From Longimicrobiales bacterium (GTDB lineage: Bacteria; Gemmatimonadota; Gemmatimonadetes; Longimicrobiales; Gaopeijiaceae), in NCBI GenBank assembly GCA_965249725.1, contig CBDFMQ010000002.1, forward strand, positions 512,001 through 576,000: a stretch of DNA of 64,000 nucleotides. Direction: 5' to 3'. This document shows, one piece after another, positions 58,557 to 64,000 of this stretch. The position numbers and the translations under genes are program-made. The number at the start of each line of letters is the position of its first letter. Position 1 is the stretch's first letter. Below the pieces are notes generated by a model. That model was given only the letters and a program-made list of their open reading frames with translations. It was not told the DNA's origin and searched no databases.

Positions 58557-59852
58557 CTACAGGTCGGCTACTGTGTCGACGTCTCTCAGGGTCCGTAGCG
58601 TGCACACGGCGAGGTCGAGCCCTTGGGCCACATGAAGGGTGCGGTCCAGCACCTCGGACGTGCTCCACGGGATGCCCTCGAACAATTCCGGGATGGGCCG
58701 CCGGAGGGCCAAGAGGTAGTACCCTCTGTCGGCTGCCGGGCCGATCACCAGGTCGGCGTCCGACAGGCGCTCGAACGCTTCTTCCACCAGTGCTGCGTCG
58801 AGGTCGGGCACGTCCGTGCCTACCACGCACGCCTGGCTCGCCATTTCCAGTCCGTCGCGCAGTGCGCAGAACATGCGACGTCCCAGGTCTCCGTCGGCCT
58901 GGGGCGAGAGTGTGACGTCGTCTCCCAGCCAGGACTGAACTTCGGAGGCGGCCGAGGGTGGGTCGTAACAAACCACCAATTCGTAGGCCGAGGAGCGAAG
59001 GCGCTCCATCGCACTCGAGGCCATGGACGAGTAGAGTGCGGCGGCCACCTCGGCCCCGATGCTCGACGCGAGCCTCGTCTTGACCTCGCCGGGTCGGGGG
59101 GCCTTTACGAACGCGAGCGCGAGCCGGCCGGCCGGCGCCGTTGCTCCCCGAGTGGGATAGGAGGCAACGAGCTGCTCCGGCGCCGCTCCGAGGAGGGCTC
59201 TCGCCATCACACCGATGTTCCGAAACCAGGCACGCCATTGACCCTCTTCCCGGAATCGCCGAGGGCTGGTCGGGAGGGTGGCCGGCAGGCGTTGCAGAGG
59301 TCCTCGGGCACGCAGTGTCCGGAGGATGGCCACGTCCTCCAGCAGGGGGACTTCCGGATAGCCGCCGACCGCCTCCAGGTCGGCTCTGCGGACCAGCAGC
59401 CCTTGGTCGCCGTAGGCCAGGCCTGTGATGCGCTCCCTGAGGAACTGCCCCAGCTCGATGAACCTCCAGAACCAGCCGCTACCGTCCAGAGAGAAGCGGA
59501 AGTATCCGGGCCTCGTCTCCGCTCTGTCCGCCAAGCGATGAGCCAGGCACTCTCTCGCGGGTGAGGGGAGCCGCGAGTCGGCGTGCAAAAACAGCAGCCA
59601 CGGGGTCGTGAGAACACGGTGCCCCGCGTTCAACTGATGGGCCCGTCCTCTCCGGGCCACGACGACGGTGGCGCCTGATGCGCGCGCCAGTTCCCGGGTG
59701 GCATCGGTCGATCCGCCGTCGCAGATCACGACGTCGTGCTCGACGGACAACTCCGCGAGGTCGGCGAGGAGGGAAGGGAGGTACTCGGCTTCGTTGAGGG
59801 TGGGGATCACCACCCCCAGGCGCCGCGACGCCTCGGCTCCCCCGTTCTTCAC
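58557..59852 (-). CDS. Fusion of TIGR04283-type GT2 and TIGR04282/DUF2064-type glycosyltransferase
   Basis: N half: VVIPTLNEA, DGGSTD, GRAHQLNAG, LFLHAD, YGDQG, LLED, TSPRR. C half: FVKAPRPGEVKTRL, QADGDLGRRM, GTDVP, GPAADRGYYL, IPWST, DVDT. Confidence 0.88.
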   Translation of the reverse strand: MKNGGAEASRRLGVVIPTLNEAEYLPSLLADLAELSVEHDVVICDGGSTDATRELARASGATVVVARRGRAHQLNAGHRVLTTPWLLFLHADSRLPSPARECLAHRLADRAETRPGYFRFSLDGSGWFWRFIELGQFLRERITGLAYGDQGLLVRRADLEAVGGYPEVPLLEDVAILRTLRARGPLQRLPATLPTSPRRFREEGQWRAWFRNIGVMARALLGAAPEQLVASYPTRGATAPAGRLALAFVKAPRPGEVKTRLASSIGAEVAAALYSSMASSAMERLRSSAYELVVCYDPPSAASEVQSWLGDDVTLSPQADGDLGRRMFCALRDGLEMASQACVVGTDVPDLDAALVEEAFERLSDADLVIGPAADRGYYLLALRRPIPELFEGIPWSTSEVLDRTLHVAQGLDLAVCTLRTLRDVDTVADL

Positions 59853-59862
59853 GAGTGCTGTG

Positions 59863-61365
59863 TCAGCGAGGGACGTCGTTCAGAGTCCAGTCGTAGTCGA
59901 AAAACTCGACTACGGTGCCGTCGCCGATCCGGCCGGCCGCCCCCTGCTCCTCGAGGTAGGGGGCGAAGAACTCGAGAAGGCCTTCCTTGCCCCCAAAATC
60001 GTCACCGTACCAATCCAGGACCTTGTTCAGCCTCAAAACCGGGCGGTCTCCCGGTTCGATCACGAAGTGGGCCGGGTTGGACATGAACGCCCGAACGATC
60101 CCGTCCAATTGCTCGTCCAGTTCATCAGCCGTGAAGGCCCAGGATTGAAGCGGGGGACAGCTTATGGCTGCGCAGTTTACGGCGAAGTGGATCCTCGGAT
60201 CGCCCATCGGCCGGATGATCTCGTGTTCGATCTGGTCCTGGGAACGTGTTTGTCCGGCGACGGTGCAGTGTTCTCGTTCGAAAACGTCGGGAATCTGCCA
60301 GACGGAGTTCTCGGGCCGGTCCATGATGGCGTTCGTAGCGCGGCTCAAGAGACTCGTGTTCTTCTCGATCGGGTAGTGGTCCACGACCTGCTGGAGCATA
60401 CAGGCGTTGTACGCGTTGATCCAAAAGGCCAAACGGGCTGGGCGAGGTGCCGCTGCCAGGACGTCCGGGTCGGTGCTCGCCAGCTGCCCGAGGTACGTGT
60501 CGAGGCTCTGGCGATCGGCCTTGAGCACTGCATAGTCCACCAGCGGCGCCTGCAGGACGTGTTCGAGAACCTGGCTGAACGTCGAGTGGTCCGGGACGGC
60601 TTGGGTGGTTTGACCCGAAAGGCCGGCCGGCAGCAGCAGGATCGGCAGAAAGAGCGGAGACAGTCCCGGTATCTTCATGTTGAGCTTCTTCATTATCGTT
60701 GGCAGGAAGCTGAGGAACACCAGCAGAGCACCCGCAATCAGGACTCGGACGAGGGCCTCGCGGGAGGCCTCCTGTGAACCCTGGAGGAGGGCGTCGGCGA
60801 ACATGGTATACACGACGGTGCCCGGGAAGATGCCGACCAGGGTGGCCAGGGCGTACGTACGCCACCGAAGGGCGGTGAGACCGGATCCGAAGTTCAAGGC
60901 GTTGAACGGCACCAAGGGGACCAGGCGCAGGAGCAAGAGACCCTGGAATCCGTGCTCCTTGGTCGCCTCGTCCAGCTTCTGAAGCCTTCTTCCGCAGAGC
61001 CTCTCGATTCCGTCTCGTCCCAAGAACCGCGCGACGAGGAAAGCCAGGTTCGCGCCGATGTTAGCGGCGATGGTGTTGAACACCGTGCCCCAGAAGAAGC
61101 CGAACAGAGCGCCCCCGGCCAGCGTGAGGATCGTGCCGGGAATCGCTAAGGCGGTGGCACCTGCGTATAGAGAGATGAACAGCACGGGGGCCCACACGGA
61201 GCCTCGCAGCTCCCCGATCGCGCCGCTGATCCCATCCTGTGTAAGCAGGGAGCCGAGCGGCGTGTACCGAGCCAGCAGGAGCCCGCCCGAGATCAGCAGG
61301 GCGAAGAGGGCCAGCTTCACATAGGCTCGCCAGCCATCGTCGGGACGATCGTTCAAGTCAGCCAT
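59863..61365 (-). CDS. Fusion of VTT (TVP38/TMEM64/DedA) membrane domain and DUF547 domain
   Basis: PGTILTLAGGALFG and LRLVPLVPFNALNF, then AFWINAYN, DPRIHFAVNCAAISCP and YDWTLN. Confidence 0.88.
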   Translation of the reverse strand: MADLNDRPDDGWRAYVKLALFALLISGGLLLARYTPLGSLLTQDGISGAIGELRGSVWAPVLFISLYAGATALAIPGTILTLAGGALFGFFWGTVFNTIAANIGANLAFLVARFLGRDGIERLCGRRLQKLDEATKEHGFQGLLLLRLVPLVPFNALNFGSGLTALRWRTYALATLVGIFPGTVVYTMFADALLQGSQEASREALVRVLIAGALLVFLSFLPTIMKKLNMKIPGLSPLFLPILLLPAGLSGQTTQAVPDHSTFSQVLEHVLQAPLVDYAVLKADRQSLDTYLGQLASTDPDVLAAAPRPARLAFWINAYNACMLQQVVDHYPIEKNTSLLSRATNAIMDRPENSVWQIPDVFEREHCTVAGQTRSQDQIEHEIIRPMGDPRIHFAVNCAAISCPPLQSWAFTADELDEQLDGIVRAFMSNPAHFVIEPGDRPVLRLNKVLDWYGDDFGGKEGLLEFFAPYLEEQGAAGRIGDGTVVEFFDYDWTLNDVPR

Positions 61366-62764
61366 GAGATCACCTTCTTCAGGACGCGGCCGCCCGGACT
61401 CTCGAGCCTGGTCCGCTGAAAGGCATTGGCGGCTCGCTTGACCCCCTCTGCCATCGTCGGATAGGGAAAGACGGTGTCCGCGACCTTCGACAGTGAAAGG
61501 CCATGGGTCATCGCCAGCACGATGGGCTGGAGTAGCTCTCCGGCCCCGTGTCCGAGGATCGTCGCACCGAGAATGTGCCCCCTGGAATCGGCGGAGATCT
61601 TCACGAACCCCAGGGTCTGCGCGTCTGTGATGGCCCGGTCAAGGTCATCGAATGGGTAGGTGTAGGTATGAGCGCCCCGCGCGGAGGCCTCGTCCTCACT
61701 CAGGCCTACATGGGCGACCTCCGGGTCGGTGTAGGTTACCCACGGAACGGACCGGTAGTCGACGTGCGAGTTCAGGGGGAGCAACGCATTCCGGAGCGCC
61801 TTCTTCGCCATGTAGTCCGCCACCTGCGTGAACTGTAGACCTCCCGTGACGTCACCGGCTGCCCAGACTCTTCGGTTCGACGTACGGAGGGTGGAGTCCA
61901 CCCGAACGGCCCTGCCGTCACGCTCGATGCCCGCGCGGTCGAGGTCGAGCTCTTCCGTGTTGGGCTGCCTCCCTGTTGCCACGAGAATCTCGTCCACGGC
62001 GAAGCGGCGACCGGCTTCCGTGAGGAGCACCTTTCTCGGGCCTTCGACTTCGACCCCTACCACGCGGGCGCCGAGTTCGATGTCGATGCCCTCTCGTCTC
62101 AGGATCCCGAGAAGGGTGTCGGCTACGTCCGCGTCTTCACTGGGGAGAATGCGGTCGAGCATCTCCAGTACCACCACCTCGGATCCCAACCGATTGAAGA
62201 CCTGTGAGAACTCGAGGCCGATCGGCCCCCCCCGAGGATGCCCACCCGTAGTGGATGGGTGTCGAGATCGAAGATGGTCTCGTGCGTCTGGTAGCCGGCT
62301 TCCTCGAGACCCGGAATAGGGGGGATGGCAGGCCTGGCTCCCGTCGCCACGATGATCCGCTTCGACTTGAGCGTTCCGACCCCCTCGACATCGAGTGTGT
62401 CGGGCCCGACAAATCGGGCTGTCCCGAACTGGACATCGACGCCCATGGTGCGGAAGCGCTCCGGATCGTCGTGGTGGGCGACCGTCGCTCGAGCCTCCCG
62501 CATGCGAGCCATGACGTTGCTGAACACGTCGGTGGGGGGAGCGCCACGGAGTCCCAGCGACTCCGCGTTACGCATCGCGTGGGCGAGTCGGGCCGAGGCG
62601 AGCAGCGCCTTCGAGGGCACGCACCCCGTCCACAGACAGTCGCCACCGAGCGCGGCCTGTTCCACGAGCGCAGGGCGCGCACCGAGGTAGGCGGCCTCGG
62701 CGGCACTCACGAGCCCAGCGGTCCCGCCACCCACGGCGATGAGATCATGTTCCTGTACGGTCAT
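61353..62764 (-). pseudogene. Class I pyridine nucleotide-disulfide oxidoreductase (MerA/LpdA-like), split by a 1-nt frameshift
   Basis: GGGTAG and GGDCLWTGCVPSK in ORF 62123-62764; ATGRQPN, AAGDV and PYPT in ORF 61353-62189. One extra base at the 8-G run (62226-62233) restores ILGGGPIGLEFSQ. May be a sequencing artefact. Confidence 0.8.
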
Positions 62765-63019
62765 GCGCTACCCATGAAGCCGTGTAACCGGGTTCCACCG
62801 GCTCTGATCGGCTCGGTGCACCAAGCCGTCAGCGTAGGGTCCGGTTCCCAAGCTGACACCTTGGCGGCCTGCGCGCGAACGTCGCGCAGTGACATTCCCG
62901 GGCCCGCATCCGCGCTTTACTTTGCACCTGTCACGCTGCCGAATGTCAAAGGACTTTCGCTTTCTCTTCGGGTGTTGTAGAATAGCTGCCGACCCCACTG
63001 TTTTTTCCGCGAGGATGGA

Positions 63020-64000
63020 ATGTCGACTGTAGAAGTCACACATGAAGTGAGCGACAAGAAGAAGAAGGCACTCTCGACGGCCATCACCCAGATCGAGCGC
63101 TCCTACGGGAAGGGCTCCATCATGCTGATGGGTGCGGACGGTATGCGAGTGGAGATCGAGTCGATCCCCACGGGCGCGATCAACCTGGACGCCGCCATCG
63201 GCATCGGCGGCATCCCAAGAGGGCGAATCACCGAGATCTACGGTCCGGAGTCGAGCGGAAAGACGACGCTCTGCCTCCACGTCATCGCCAACGCGCAGGC
63301 AGCCGGAGGGATCGCCGCCTTCGTGGATGCCGAGCACGCCCTCGACGTGGGGTATTCCAAGAAGCTCGGCGTCGATGTGGACAACCTCCTCGTGTCCCAG
63401 CCCGATACGGGTGAACAGGCTCTCGAGATCGCCGAGGTGCTGATCCGCAGCAACGCGGTGGACGTGGTCGTAGTGGACTCCGTGGCTGCCCTTGTGCCGA
63501 GAGCCGAGATCGAAGGGGAGATGGGGGACACGCACGTCGGTTTGCAGGCTCGACTGATGAGTCAGGCGCTTCGCAAATTGACCGGCGCCGTGGCCCGCTC
63601 CCAAACCTCCGTGATCTTCACGAACCAGATTCGTGAGAAGATCGGTGTGATGTTCGGGAGTCCCGAAACTACGTCGGGAGGCCGAGCCCTCAAGTTCTAC
63701 GCGTCCCTTCGCATGGACATCCGGCGCATCGGCGCGATCAAGGATGGGACCGACATCGTGGGCAATCGGACCCGTGTGAAGGTCGTGAAGAACAAGTGTG
63801 CTCCGCCCTTCAAGCAGGCCGAATTCGACATCCTATACAACGTCGGTATCAGCCACGAGAGCCTGCTCGTGGACATTGGCGTTGAGGAGAACATCATCGA
63901 GAAATCCGGATCCTGGTACTCGTACGGGGATCTCAGGCTCGGGCAGGGCAAGGAGAATACGAGAGAGTTCCTCCTCGAGAACCCGGATGTACTGGCGGAG
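63020..64000 (+). CDS. recA: Recombinase RecA (3' end beyond the window)
   Basis: Not in the ORF track. Manual translation gives [46 protein letters not shown] and [10 protein letters not shown]. Confidence 0.98.
   Translation, partial: MSTVEVTHEVSDKKKKALSTAITQIERSYGKGSIMLMGADGMRVEIESIPTGAINLDAAIGIGGIPRGRITEIYGPESSGKTTLCLHVIANAQAAGGIAAFVDAEHALDVGYSKKLGVDVDNLLVSQPDTGEQALEIAEVLIRSNAVDVVVVDSVAALVPRAEIEGEMGDTHVGLQARLMSQALRKLTGAVARSQTSVIFTNQIREKIGVMFGSPETTSGGRALKFYASLRMDIRRIGAIKDGTDIVGNRTRVKVVKNKCAPPFKQAEFDILYNVGISHESLLVDIGVEENIIEKSGSWYSYGDLRLGQGKENTREFLLENPDVLAE

Noticed and set aside
61353..62764. Calling the flavoprotein merA or lpdA
   Set aside because: It lacks the MerA C-terminal Cys-Cys pair and mer genes, and has YPT rather than the LpdA HPT motif.

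Overview
GC-rich bacterial chromosomal segment of about 52 genes. Gene content and protein style (Hanks kinase with TolB-like propeller, M16 pair, DUF4384, '...GQ/AQ' signal-peptide ends) suggest Gemmatimonadota; this is an inference. It is mostly core genome, with no CRISPR, rRNA, tRNA or mobile element seen. Blocks in order: (1) a ~14.6 kb minus-strand run DUF58-BatA/vWA-mfd-two PPIases-pdxA-ftsEX-envC-holB-moaC; (2) a DUF4384 exported protein with a CxxCH motif; (3) lepA coupled to GT2, a PfkB kinase and an uncharacterised STAS-HATPase / STAS-like pair; (4) pruA, an orphan Wzc-type kinase, a candidate sRNA or attenuator, mrp and a Ser/Thr kinase; (5) an ECF sigma with a double zinc-finger anti-sigma, bactofilin-like, toast-rack and small membrane proteins; (6) ubiE/menG, an M16 pair, mutM, purD, an M48 protease and a trans-sulfuration enzyme; (7) glmM-glmS-dtd-maf-glpK; (8) a ccm operon with a CxxxY-type CcmE and no ccmG/H; (9) an NSS transporter and a dehydratase; (10) an exported protein; (11) a fused arsenosugar/rSAM-selenodomain-associated cluster whose flavoprotein is frameshifted; (12) recA cut by the window end. 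Best leads: an identical TGAAAC-N17-CGTA ECF promoter at two loci (a small envelope-stress regulon), the STAS-HATPase partner-switch-like pair, a promoter-to-terminator-bounded ~110-nt structured RNA, and the doubly fused glycosyltransferase/DUF547/VTT cluster.
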